DNA of 51,532 bases, taken from positions 1 through 51,532 of the forward strand of contig LBTZ01000002.1 of assembly GCA_000992325.1 (NCBI GenBank). The letters run 5' to 3'. The position numbers were made by a program, and so were the translations under genes. The notes under the pieces were generated by a model, which ran no database searches, was not told the origin of the DNA, and saw only the letters and a program-made list of their open reading frames with translations. Below, piece by piece: positions 10,144 to 18,304 of the stretch; the first letter of the stretch is position 1; every line of letters begins with the position of its first letter. This DNA is from Parcubacteria group bacterium GW2011_GWD2_38_11 (GTDB taxonomy: Bacteria; Patescibacteriota; Minisyncoccia; Moranbacterales; GWC2-37-73).

Positions 10144-10146
10144 GGG

Positions 10147-10178
10147 CCTGCCCGCAGTGCTACAGCGTTGCAGGCGGG
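10147..10178. repeat. GC-rich palindromic repeat (CCYGCCYGCA...GTTGCRGGCGGG family)
   Basis: cctgcccgcagtgctacagcgttgcaggcggg; related nested copy at 14172-14255. Confidence 0.65.
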
Positions 10179-10194
10179 TAAAATGGCAGCACTA

Positions 10195-10223
10195 TTGACA
10201 ATATTGCAAAAAAGGAGTATACT
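10195..10223 (+). promoter_or_regulatory. Sigma70-type promoter
   Basis: TTGACA-17-TATACT. Confidence 0.65.
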
Positions 10224-10276
10224 AATAGAAATACCAAAAGTGCCTATGCACTTTAAAAACCAAGGAGGTAGAAAAT

Positions 10277-10459
10277 ATGTTACCCAGCACAAGAGGTTAC
10301 GCCAGGCTTGATATGAAAGGGCGCTGCGCCGCAATTGCAGCCGCCAGAGCATTCGGCAAAAGGGAGATTTATGCCTTCAAGAGGCCTCTCTCAAACTATG
10401 CCAAAAGCATCTCTGCAACAGCCATTGCCTGCTGCAGAGACGTAACACTCTTTGCATAA
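10277..10459 (+). CDS. Small hypothetical protein
   Basis: 60 aa, strong SD AAGGAGG at 10262-10268, promoter upstream, hairpin downstream. Confidence 0.55.
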   Translation: MLPSTRGYARLDMKGRCAAIAAARAFGKREIYAFKRPLSNYAKSISATAIACCRDVTLFA

Positions 10460-10461
10460 CA

Positions 10462-10499
10462 AAGCGACCCACTGAAGAAACATTTCAGTCGGGTCGTTT
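10462..10499 (+). terminator. Hairpin, possible terminator or attenuator
   Basis: aagcgaccc-actgaa...ttcagt-c-gggtcgttt. Confidence 0.5.
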
Positions 10500-10540
10500 A
10501 ATTTTCAAGCCATCATCAAACAAAAAAGGAGAACGGGTCT

Positions 10541-10831
10541 ATGAACAAACAGGCAACTCTCATTACAGTCAAAAAAGCTCACGATATGCAATCAGAAAAA
10601 AGCCTGATTGAAAATGATGACTGCGACTTTGCAGTCTCAGAAAGATCCGGCATCCTGTATGTTTCAACGAAACATAACGAGGCTTCATTGCTTGATGTGC
10701 CAGGCTTTTCATTGCTTTACACGGGAGGCATAGACAAGATCAAACGTTTTTGTATGCCTTCTTCGAAAGATGAATTCATTGAACAACTCCGAAAAATATA
10801 TCCTGGTCACGCAATCGTATGGATTGAATGA
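10541..10831 (+). CDS. Hypothetical protein
   Basis: 96 aa, SD AAGGAG upstream, terminator downstream. Confidence 0.6.
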   Translation: MNKQATLITVKKAHDMQSEKSLIENDDCDFAVSERSGILYVSTKHNEASLLDVPGFSLLYTGGIDKIKRFCMPSSKDEFIEQLRKIYPGHAIVWIE

Positions 10832-10848
10832 TTCAGTAATGTTTTTTA

Positions 10849-10883
10849 AAAAAAGGCCTAGCGAAAATCGCTAAGCCTTTTTT
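10849..10883. terminator. Bidirectional intrinsic terminator
   Basis: aaaaaaggcctagcga-aaa-tcgctaagcctttttt between convergent genes. Confidence 0.7.
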
Positions 10884-10911
10884 CTTATTTAAAAATATTT
10901 TTAAAAATATT

Positions 10912-11118
10912 TTATACATCTTCCACTTTTTCTTTCATATCCATCATCATCTTTTTCTTATTATCATCAGACATCTGATTCATTTCCGCCATCTTGTCAG
11001 GATGCGCATCTTTCATATGTGCCATCATTTTGTCCACAACCTCTTGCTCAGAGTTTCCTCTAGCCTCAAAACGGCATTCTTCATCGCCCATCATTTTACA
11101 AGTTAATTTTTTCATCAT
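10912..11118 (-). CDS. DUF1059-like small metal-binding protein
   Basis: LTC..G..C.FEARG.SE.EV......H...AH pattern. Confidence 0.8.
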   Translation of the reverse strand: MMKKLTCKMMGDEECRFEARGNSEQEVVDKMMAHMKDAHPDKMAEMNQMSDDNKKKMMMDMKEKVEDV

Positions 11119-11290
11119 ACATATACACCCCCTTTTCTAGTTACATAACACAAAAGACTCGACCAATGAATAATACAAAACAAGGCAAAAAAAATTACAA
11201 AAAGACCCGATGAAAATCCACCAGGCCTTTTTGTTTTTGAATTGTATTTGAATTTCCTGCAACCTAATTCCTAATTTCTACCAAGCTGTT

Positions 11291-12616
11291 TTACCGTCCT
11301 ATCGATTTATATTCAAATCCCATCTCTTTCATTTTTTTAGGTTCATACAAAAGTCTGCCGTCAAAAATCATCGGGGTTTTCAAAAGTTTCAAAATTTCCT
11401 CAAAATCTGGCGTGCGGAATTCTTTCCATTCAGTGATAACAAGCATCGCATCAGCACCCTTGAGCGCATCATATTTGTTTTCAAAATATGCAATGCTTGA
11501 ATTTTCTCCAAAATATTCCTCGCGCTTAGCCATCGCCATCGCTTCTGGATCATGCGCCTTAATTTTGGCTCCTCTTTTGACCAATTCATTTATGATAGTA
11601 AGCGCTGAAGATTCGCGCATATCATCTGTGCCAGCTTTGAAAGCCAATCCCCACACGCCAAAAATTTTTCCGTTCAAATCTTCGCCCAAAGCATCCACCA
11701 CTATTTGAGACAACACAAATTTTTGCTTGTCATTTGTTTCCAATGTTTGTTTCAGCATTTCAGCGTCATATCCAAAATCTTTGGCTGTCTTTACCAACGC
11801 TTTCACATCCTTTGGAAAGCACGATCCACCGAAACCAGGACCGGCATACATAAACGGTTCTCCAATGCGTGGATCGGCGCCCATTGCTTTGCGCACATTA
11901 TCAAAATCAGCTCCCGCCTTGCTGCAAATATTTGCCAATTCATTATTCACGGAAATTTTCGCAGCCAAAAAACAATTTGAAGCATATTTCACAATCTCAG
12001 CTGTCTTTGGATCCATAGCAAAAAATCTTCCTTCGCGTCGCATAAAAGGTTCGTATAATTCGCGCATTATTTCAATAACGTCTTTCGAATCTGCGCCTAT
12101 AACAATACGACTCGGTTCCAAGAAATCTTTGACTGCAGTTCCTTGCGCCAAAAATTCCGGATTACTCACCACTGAAAAAGGAATTTCAACTCCTCTTTTT
12201 CTGAGCTCTTCTGCAATATTTTTGGAAACTTTTTCCGCAGTTCCCACCGGCACAGTTGATTTGTCCACAACAATAAGAGGATGATCCATCATTTGACCAA
12301 TTGAAGTTGCCACACCAAGCACGTGAGAAAGATCTGCGCTTCCATCTTCATTGGGAGGTGTGCCCACGGCAATAAAAAGAATGTCGCATTTCTTTAGAGT
12401 TTCTTCCAGATCAGTCGTAAATGTCAAAGTTTTATTTTTCAAATTTCGAGAAACCAATTCATCCAAGCCTTTTTCGTGAAGTGGAACTTTGCCAGAAGAA
12501 AATTGATCAACTTTTTTTTGATCATTATCCACACAAATAACAGTGTTCCCCATCTCCGCAAAGCAAGCACCCGTCACACTTCCCACATATCCCGTCCCAA
12601 TAACTCCAATTTTCAT
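11291..12616 (-). CDS. ugd: UDP-glucose 6-dehydrogenase
   Basis: GTGYVG, VGTP, KSTVP, NPEFL, GFGGSCFPKD, DDMRES motifs. Confidence 0.95.
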   Translation of the reverse strand: MKIGVIGTGYVGSVTGACFAEMGNTVICVDNDQKKVDQFSSGKVPLHEKGLDELVSRNLKNKTLTFTTDLEETLKKCDILFIAVGTPPNEDGSADLSHVLGVATSIGQMMDHPLIVVDKSTVPVGTAEKVSKNIAEELRKRGVEIPFSVVSNPEFLAQGTAVKDFLEPSRIVIGADSKDVIEIMRELYEPFMRREGRFFAMDPKTAEIVKYASNCFLAAKISVNNELANICSKAGADFDNVRKAMGADPRIGEPFMYAGPGFGGSCFPKDVKALVKTAKDFGYDAEMLKQTLETNDKQKFVLSQIVVDALGEDLNGKIFGVWGLAFKAGTDDMRESSALTIINELVKRGAKIKAHDPEAMAMAKREEYFGENSSIAYFENKYDALKGADAMLVITEWKEFRTPDFEEILKLLKTPMIFDGRLLYEPKKMKEMGFEYKSIGR

Positions 12617-12630
12617 ATTTTTAAAATATT

Positions 12631-12672
12631 ATGCTAATTATGCGAATAAATACCAATCCACGAATTACTAAT
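12631..12672. repeat. Inverted arm (3' arm of GxxExxY cassette)
   Basis: atgctaattatgcgaataaataccaatccacgaattactaat; matches reverse complement of 13106-13146; overlaps the stop codon. Confidence 0.85.
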
Positions 12673-13057
12673 ACTTAAATTCAGAATTTATGACTCTTTT
12701 AGGCTTTAAATATTTATCTCTGAAATTTATCAACAAGCCCAACTTTTTATTTAAAGCAATGAGATATCTTTTAGTTTGATAAAAATCAGTTCTTTCAATT
12801 AATCTTTTTGCCTTAAGCTCTAAAATAATTGAGTCTTCTATCAAAAAATCAATCTTATTTCTATTTATTTTTTCTCCCTCAAAAGAAACAGGCAGAAATT
12901 CTTCTCTTTTGTAGTTTATATTGTTTTCCTTTAGATTTTTTTCTAAGCAATCTCCATACTGCTTTTCATTGCAATACCTGCCCAATTCATTGTGAACAGC
13001 AAATAAAATTCCACCTATCTTATATGATAGCTCGGGATAAATAAGTTCTTGTTTCAT
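12668..13057 (-). CDS. GxxExxY protein (PD-(D/E)xK nuclease-like)
   Basis: [16 protein letters not shown]...EKQY, IDFLIED.IILELKA, GLLINF; ATG at 13057 preferred over TTG at 13075. Confidence 0.9.
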   Translation of the reverse strand: MKQELIYPELSYKIGGILFAVHNELGRYCNEKQYGDCLEKNLKENNINYKREEFLPVSFEGEKINRNKIDFLIEDSIILELKAKRLIERTDFYQTKRYLIALNKKLGLLINFRDKYLKPKRVINSEFKY

Positions 13058-13105
13058 TTTTGTTTTTATTTGCAATTAGTGTATTGGCGATTAGCCACGC
13101 TCCCT

Positions 13106-13146
13106 ATTCGCAATTAGTGGATTGGCATTTATTCGTGGATTAGCAT
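13106..13146. repeat. Inverted arm (5' arm of GxxExxY cassette); partial inner copy at 13068-13095
   Basis: attcgcaattagtggattggcatttattcgtggattagcat, abuts the stop codon of the upstream GT2 gene. Confidence 0.85.
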
Positions 13147-14087
13147 CACATCTGTGTAATTTCTTTGATATTATAATTCATTCTTCTCTGATTTTTATAG
13201 TAAACTTTTAGAAGTATATCAGCCAATAGTCCGAACACGAAAAGTTGGATGCCGACAAGCACTAAGAAGATTCCTACCAATGGCCAGATTTTTTCTGACA
13301 GAGATGCTCCGAAAAAAATCTTTTCAACAGCCATCCAGAGAATTATCAATGTCCCAACAAATGAAAGCACGATTCCGCTTCCTCCAAAAAGATGGAGCGG
13401 CCTGTTGGAATATTTGCGCCAAAACCAAATCGAAATCATATCCACAAAACCTTTCATCCCACGTTTCCAGTTGTATTTGGTCACGCCGTGAACACGAGGA
13501 AAATGCGAAACTTTCACCTCGCCAACTTTATACCCCTGCAACTCCAAAAGTGCCGGCATAAAACGATGCATTTCTCCAAACAGATCCACATCTTCAAAAC
13601 AATTGCGCTTATATGCTTTCAGAGAACAACCGCTGTCGTGAATCGTGTCTTGAATCAAAATCTTTCGCAGCATATTGGCAGTGCGCGAAAAGATTTTTTT
13701 GCTCAAGGAATCTTTACGCTTGAAGCGCCAACCGGAGACAACATCAAAACCTTCTTCCATCTTTTCCAAAAGAAGTCCAATATCGGCTGGATCATTTTGC
13801 AAATCACCATCCATTGTGATCACAACCTCACCTTTTGCCTGTTTTATGCCAGCATCAAAAGCGGCAGTTTGCCCAAAATTTTTGCGAAATTTGATCAAGG
13901 TCAGTGGCGAAAGTCCTTCACAGTCTTTAACCGTGCCATCTTTTGAACCATCATCAATAAAAATGATTTCGAATGACTTTTCAAGCTTCTGACACGCCTC
14001 CAAGATACGCCTGTGCAATTCCTTCACATTCCCCTCTTCATTATAAAGTGGCACAACCACTGAGATTAACGGTTTCTGATCATCCAT
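13146..14087 (-). CDS. GT2 polyprenol-phosphate glycosyltransferase (ArnC/DPM-synthase-like)
   Basis: VVVPLYNE, DDGS, RKNFGQ, MDGDLQNDP, GEMHRF; two C-terminal TM helices. Confidence 0.9.
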   Translation of the reverse strand: MDDQKPLISVVVPLYNEEGNVKELHRRILEACQKLEKSFEIIFIDDGSKDGTVKDCEGLSPLTLIKFRKNFGQTAAFDAGIKQAKGEVVITMDGDLQNDPADIGLLLEKMEEGFDVVSGWRFKRKDSLSKKIFSRTANMLRKILIQDTIHDSGCSLKAYKRNCFEDVDLFGEMHRFMPALLELQGYKVGEVKVSHFPRVHGVTKYNWKRGMKGFVDMISIWFWRKYSNRPLHLFGGSGIVLSFVGTLIILWMAVEKIFFGASLSEKIWPLVGIFLVLVGIQLFVFGLLADILLKVYYKNQRRMNYNIKEITQM

Positions 14088-14171
14088 ACTTATTAAGTTT
14101 ATAGATTAATTTACCTGTCAATTATATCGCAAATTTAATTTATAAACAATATTTAAAGAATTTTCTGTGGC

Positions 14172-14255
14172 CCCGCCCGCATCGCTACGCGAGCAACCCG
14201 CCTGCAACGATATTACATTTCGGACAGGGCTCGCTTGCGAAACGTTGCGGGCGGG
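14172..14255. repeat. Nested GC-rich palindromic repeat (CCCGCCYGCA family)
   Basis: cccgcccgcatcg...cccgcctgcaacg...cgttgcgggcggg. Confidence 0.65.
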
Positions 14256-14340
14256 TGTGCATAACTTCCTTGCTTTACCACTCCTGCCAGAAGTATAATG
14301 TTATAGTAGGTTTTAATGAAACAAAAAATAAACAATAATC

Positions 14341-14426
14341 GTTATAAGCTTGCAAGGTTTGTTATTTTTTATAAGACTATCATAAGGATACCTTATAAAC
14401 TTTAAAAACATTACAAACTTTATAAC
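14341..14426. repeat. Nonamer repeat tract (ACYTTAWAA-like) with short inverted partner
   Basis: accttataa actttaaaa acattacaa actttataa; gttataag at 14341 is complementary to the tract end. Confidence 0.55.
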
Positions 14427-14434
14427 TACAACGT

Positions 14435-15211
14435 ATGCACAAAAAAATTGTATTTTCAACGCTAGTGTTTGCACTGGCAATTCCTGTCGTGCCAGCATTT
14501 GCACAAGTTTCAACAACATCAACAACACAAATTGAAAAATCTCGCACAGAAATGCGAACAGAATTGCAGGCACAAAAACAAGCAAACCAAACTGAAAGAG
14601 CTGAGCTCAAAGAAGATGCACAAGTCAAACGAGCAGAGCTTCAAGCAAAGCGTCTTGAATTTCAAGATAAAAAAGAAAAAATGGCAGAGGAGAAATGCAA
14701 GAGTATTGAAAGCAAAATAGCCACTCGAGTTGGCCGCTATCAAAACAACGGACAAATGCTGGAAAAAGTTTATGGCAATATGCAAGCCAGACTTGCAAGA
14801 TTGCTTACAAAGCTCAAAACTGCAGGAGCTGAAACTGCAAAATTGGAAACTGACCTTGCAGAACTTAATGTCAAAATAAACAAACTAAAAGCTGATCAAG
14901 CAACTTTTATGACCACTCTGGCAGATTCTCAAGCTTTTGTTTGTGGAAAGTCTGAAGGTGAATTCAAAAACAAACTGGAGCAAGCAAGAAAAGTTCCTGA
15001 AATCATCAAACAAGACCGTCAGGAAATTAAAAACTTTTTTCAAACAACCATTAAGACTGACTTGCAAGCAATCAGAAAACAATTAGCTGAACAAAAAGAA
15101 ACCACCGAGGCAACCGAAACTCCAGCAGCACCTGTAACAACAGTGCCAACAGAATTGCCAGCAACACCTGCGACACCTGCAGCACCAGTTGCACCAGCCC
15201 CAATTCTTTAA
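14435..15211 (+). CDS. Secreted coiled-coil protein with Pro/Ala/Thr-rich tail
   Basis: Signal peptide ending PAFA/Q, long heptad helices, two Cys, PAT-rich C-terminus. Confidence 0.8.
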   Translation: MHKKIVFSTLVFALAIPVVPAFAQVSTTSTTQIEKSRTEMRTELQAQKQANQTERAELKEDAQVKRAELQAKRLEFQDKKEKMAEEKCKSIESKIATRVGRYQNNGQMLEKVYGNMQARLARLLTKLKTAGAETAKLETDLAELNVKINKLKADQATFMTTLADSQAFVCGKSEGEFKNKLEQARKVPEIIKQDRQEIKNFFQTTIKTDLQAIRKQLAEQKETTEATETPAAPVTTVPTELPATPATPAAPVAPAPIL

Positions 15212-15232
15212 TCCCCCGCATTTTTAAATTTA

Positions 15233-15263
15233 TTAATTCGTTAATGCGTTAATGCGTTAATTC
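15233..15263. repeat. Octamer tandem repeat TTAATKCG
   Basis: ttaattcg ttaatgcg ttaatgcg ttaattc. Confidence 0.55.
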
Positions 15264-15289
15264 TTTAATTTTTAAATACAAAATACAAA

Positions 15290-15580
15290 ATGAACAAAGC
15301 AACAAAAATATCACTGCTAGTTCTGGCATTGATAGCTGCCATCTTAATTGTCTGGTATAGCCTGCAATTAAACCAGCAAGATGCAGTGCCAGCCGCAAAC
15401 ACAAACATCCAAAAACAAGCAACGCCAAAAGATCCTGCTGCTAGCGCAACCCCACTTCCACCGCTTCCAGCTGATAGCAAACAAGCTATCGACAGTGAAA
15501 TTCAAGGAATTGACCAAGAACTTCAAGCCACTGATGCTGCGCTTTCATCAGACATTGAAGATTCAAGCCTGGGACTCTAG
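15290..15580 (+). CDS. Small single-pass membrane protein
   Basis: N-terminal TM, Pro/Ala linker, acidic helix. Confidence 0.7.
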   Translation: MNKATKISLLVLALIAAILIVWYSLQLNQQDAVPAANTNIQKQATPKDPAASATPLPPLPADSKQAIDSEIQGIDQELQATDAALSSDIEDSSLGL

Positions 15581-15610
15581 AAATCAAAAAAAACAATAGC
15601 GAAAATTTCA

Positions 15611-15641
15611 AAAAACTGCTACCATAGAGGTAGCAGTTTTT
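15611..15641 (+). terminator. Intrinsic terminator
   Basis: aaaaactgctacc-ataga-ggtagcagttttt followed by T-run. Confidence 0.8.
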
Positions 15642-15660
15642 TATTTTTTATTTTTTATTC

Positions 15661-15701
15661 ATTTGCAATTAGCTGATTGGCATTTATTTGTGGATTAGCA
15701 T
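15661..15701. repeat. Solo copy of the GxxExxY cassette arm
   Basis: 37/41 identical to 13106-13146. Confidence 0.85.
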
Positions 15702-15715
15702 AGCATTTAAAATTC

Positions 15716-17173
15716 ATGTTTAAAACAAAAATTACAATTTTACTCTTACTAACTTTCTTGCTAACACCTTTTTACCACTCTCGCGCTTCCCTGTCTGACG
15801 ATGCCAATTATTATGAAAAATATCCTTTATACAGCAAATACGAAAAAAAGAAAGATTATTCAAAATACAAAAAAGCTAAGGAAAAATACGGTTTTGAAAG
15901 CAGTGAGGAAAGATTGAAATACAAGCAAGCTTACGACAATTACAGATTGTACAAGAAAAATCCAGCTGCAAATCAAAAATATGCCGGACTTCTTAAGGAA
16001 TACAAGAAATACAAAAACTACAAGGAAAAATACGTTCCTGTAAAAAAATATTCCAAATACAAAAAATACGACAAGAAGGAATATGACAACTACAAAAACT
16101 ACGGCTCGAGCGCATATAAAGATGGCTACAATCGTTACAAGGCGTTCACAACTGACATCACCAATGTCACCACCAACCGAGGACCGGAAATAAAAGTGGG
16201 ACTTTGGAGTTCAAACACCACCGATCTTGTGGCCAATCCGTTCAAGATAACAGCCAACAAAGAATTTCGAGTGACAAATTGTGCGGGAACAGTAGTGGCA
16301 CCTTCAATTGCACTTGAGCAAAATGTCAGGGTTTCATATGCAGGAGATGGAATTTTGAATGCATACAATGCCAATCCACTGATTTTAGCCAATGTTAATG
16401 TGGGAGATAAAATTTGTTTTGATGCAGTAGACGGAAACAATTCGGATATGATTTTTGATGTCAACAGACCGCTTCTTTATGATGGCGATTCAGGATCAGG
16501 ATACGATCAATATAGAGGCAAAATCAAGATTCAGCACAGCTTAGATCCTAATCTGGAAAATGATGGAAATTATAATTGCGGCTTGTATCAAGACGAAACT
16601 TTTCCAGCTTGGGATCCGGCAAATTCTTGCCGACGAGTATGGGTGATCAATGAACTACCTTTGGAATTATACCTTTGGGGTTATGGAGAGATGAGCACTG
16701 GCGGAATTGAAGAATTGGCAAAAACAATGATAGTCGCCGCTCGCTCGTATGCTCGTTGGTGGGTTGAATATGCCACCAAGTGGGATATGGCTGGTTTTGA
16801 TTTGATCGCCAGTCCTGTCAACCAAATATACAACGGATATGATTACGAACTGACGCACTCATTTATTCCGGACGCAGCGCAAAAGACCAACGGAATTATT
16901 ATGAAATATGGCAGCGACATTGTTCTGGGTGCATATTGCAGCAACACTGACGGTCGAACCAAAAGCGCACTAGAAGCTTGGGGACTATCAAACCATCCAT
17001 ATTTAAAATCAGTGGCAGATCCATACGGCGCAATCTCCAATCCTAGCGCAGGCAATCATATGGTTGGACTTTCAGCCAATGGAGCCAAAGTGCTCGCCCG
17101 TGATCACTCCTGGCAATGGAGTCGCATTCTTAGTTACTACTATTCCAGCATAGACATTATGAAAGAATACTAG
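15716..17173 (+). CDS. SpoIID/LytB-domain protein with Tyr/Lys-rich N-terminal region
   Basis: Signal peptide; YRGKI, VINELPLELYL..GEM, AARSYA, NQIYNG, PYLKSVADP, HMVGLSANGA, ILSYYY. Confidence 0.85.
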   Translation: MFKTKITILLLLTFLLTPFYHSRASLSDDANYYEKYPLYSKYEKKKDYSKYKKAKEKYGFESSEERLKYKQAYDNYRLYKKNPAANQKYAGLLKEYKKYKNYKEKYVPVKKYSKYKKYDKKEYDNYKNYGSSAYKDGYNRYKAFTTDITNVTTNRGPEIKVGLWSSNTTDLVANPFKITANKEFRVTNCAGTVVAPSIALEQNVRVSYAGDGILNAYNANPLILANVNVGDKICFDAVDGNNSDMIFDVNRPLLYDGDSGSGYDQYRGKIKIQHSLDPNLENDGNYNCGLYQDETFPAWDPANSCRRVWVINELPLELYLWGYGEMSTGGIEELAKTMIVAARSYARWWVEYATKWDMAGFDLIASPVNQIYNGYDYELTHSFIPDAAQKTNGIIMKYGSDIVLGAYCSNTDGRTKSALEAWGLSNHPYLKSVADPYGAISNPSAGNHMVGLSANGAKVLARDHSWQWSRILSYYYSSIDIMKEY

Positions 17174-17181
17174 TATTAAAA

Positions 17182-17243
17182 AAATATCAAATTTCAAATA
17201 TCAAATTTCAAATAAAAGTCCAAAACAAAAAAAATGACAAATG
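17182..17243. repeat. Heptamer-unit inverted arm (5' arm of four-helix-bundle cassette 2)
   Basis: aaatatc aaatttc aaatatc aaatttc aaat aaaagtcc ... aatgac aaat. Confidence 0.75.
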
Positions 17244-17599
17244 GAAAACCAACAAAATTTGATTTAGAGGAGCGTACGGCAATTTTTGGAGAAAAAATTA
17301 TTAAATTTTCTAAATGTATTTCCAAAAGTGAAGTAACGAAACCACTGATCAGCCAAATTGTAAGAAGCGGAACAAGTATTGGCGCAAATTATATGGAAGC
17401 TGATGGAGCGGAATCTCGAAAAGACTTTATCCACAAATTAGGCATTTGCAAAAAAGAAAGTAAGGAAACCAAGCATTGGCTTAGAATGATTGCCGTTGCA
17501 GACTCGGAAGTAAGTAACGAGTCTAGAGAATTATGGAGGGAATGCCAAGAACTTACGCTAATATTTTCAGCAATAATTACAAAGACAAAACAAAATTGA
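17234..17599 (+). CDS. Four-helix-bundle protein (23S rRNA IVP-like family)
   Basis: DLEERT, QIVRSGTSIGANYMEA, SRKDF, KESKETKHWL. Confidence 0.92.
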   Translation: MTNGKPTKFDLEERTAIFGEKIIKFSKCISKSEVTKPLISQIVRSGTSIGANYMEADGAESRKDFIHKLGICKKESKETKHWLRMIAVADSEVSNESRELWRECQELTLIFSAIITKTKQN

Positions 17600-17650
17600 A
17601 ATTTAGTAATTTGAAATTTATTTGAAATTTTTAATTTTTAATTTGAAATT
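17595..17650. repeat. Heptamer-unit inverted arm (3' arm of four-helix-bundle cassette 2)
   Basis: Reverse complement = aatttc aaattaa aaattaa aaatttc aaat aaatttc aaattac taaatttc aat. Confidence 0.75.
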
Positions 17651-17655
17651 ATCTA

Positions 17656-18249
17656 ATGTCTCTTCCCCCAAAAACCCCTTTTATCCTTTTTAGCTTGGCT
17701 ATCATCATCCTTTCTGTTTTGGCATTTCCTATTGTGAAATCTCGCTATTTTACTGCTGAGCAAAAAGATGAAGCCAGTGAAATTATTTCAGAAACAATGC
17801 CTCCCGAATCTCTTGATGAAACAAATCCTGCTGAATTTGAAGATGAAGCAATCAATCTTGAAGAAGAAAACGAAACTGAAGGTATTTCAGAGGATTCCGA
17901 AGATGAGGGTATCAATGAAGAAGATTTGAATGATGAAATTATCGTCGAGGACAACAGTTTTTTGGAAATTCTGTCTTCTGACTGTAAAAATGGTTGCAAA
18001 GATTTTGACAAAGACGAAGACATTCAATATTGCAAACAATATTGCGGTCTTGTCAGCACACCGAAAATTGCCAATGGTTGCGATAAATTTAAAGACTTGG
18101 AAAGAGATTATTGCTTCAAAGAAGAAGCGATCCAAAAAAGAGACGGCAAAATTTGCAATGAAATTCAGGATGATGGCATCAAAAAATCCTGCTTCAATCG
18201 CATTACCGAAGACATCCTAGACGCACCACAATCATCTAGCGTCAAATAG
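17656..18249 (+). CDS. Membrane-anchored protein with acidic linker and Cys-rich C-terminal repeats
   Basis: N-terminal TM, E/D-rich linker, 8 Cys in C-x3-C and C-x10-C spacing. Confidence 0.75.
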   Translation: MSLPPKTPFILFSLAIIILSVLAFPIVKSRYFTAEQKDEASEIISETMPPESLDETNPAEFEDEAINLEEENETEGISEDSEDEGINEEDLNDEIIVEDNSFLEILSSDCKNGCKDFDKDEDIQYCKQYCGLVSTPKIANGCDKFKDLERDYCFKEEAIQKRDGKICNEIQDDGIKKSCFNRITEDILDAPQSSSVK

Positions 18250-18269
18250 ACACCACACAAAAATATCAC

Positions 18270-18298
18270 TAGACACTGAAAACCCCCGATGCTATACT
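18270..18298 (+). promoter_or_regulatory. Promoter for a probable leaderless mRNA
   Basis: TAGACA-17-(TG)TATACT, ATG 6 nt downstream of the -10 box. Confidence 0.55.
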
Positions 18299-18304
18299 TT
18301 TCTT

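Noticed and set aside
11727..13946. Long antisense ORFs (11727..12284, 13392..13946; likewise 20997..21443 and 43835..44302)
   Set aside because: Shadows of well-supported genes on the opposite strand.
14256..14264. DnaA box or replication origin (tgtgcataa)
   Set aside because: A single imperfect box, no cluster and no dnaA/dnaN context.
8360..17599. 23S rRNA intervening sequence or DGR (Avd-like proteins)
   Set aside because: Flanks are protein-coding genes, not rRNA; no reverse transcriptase or TR/VR pair was seen.
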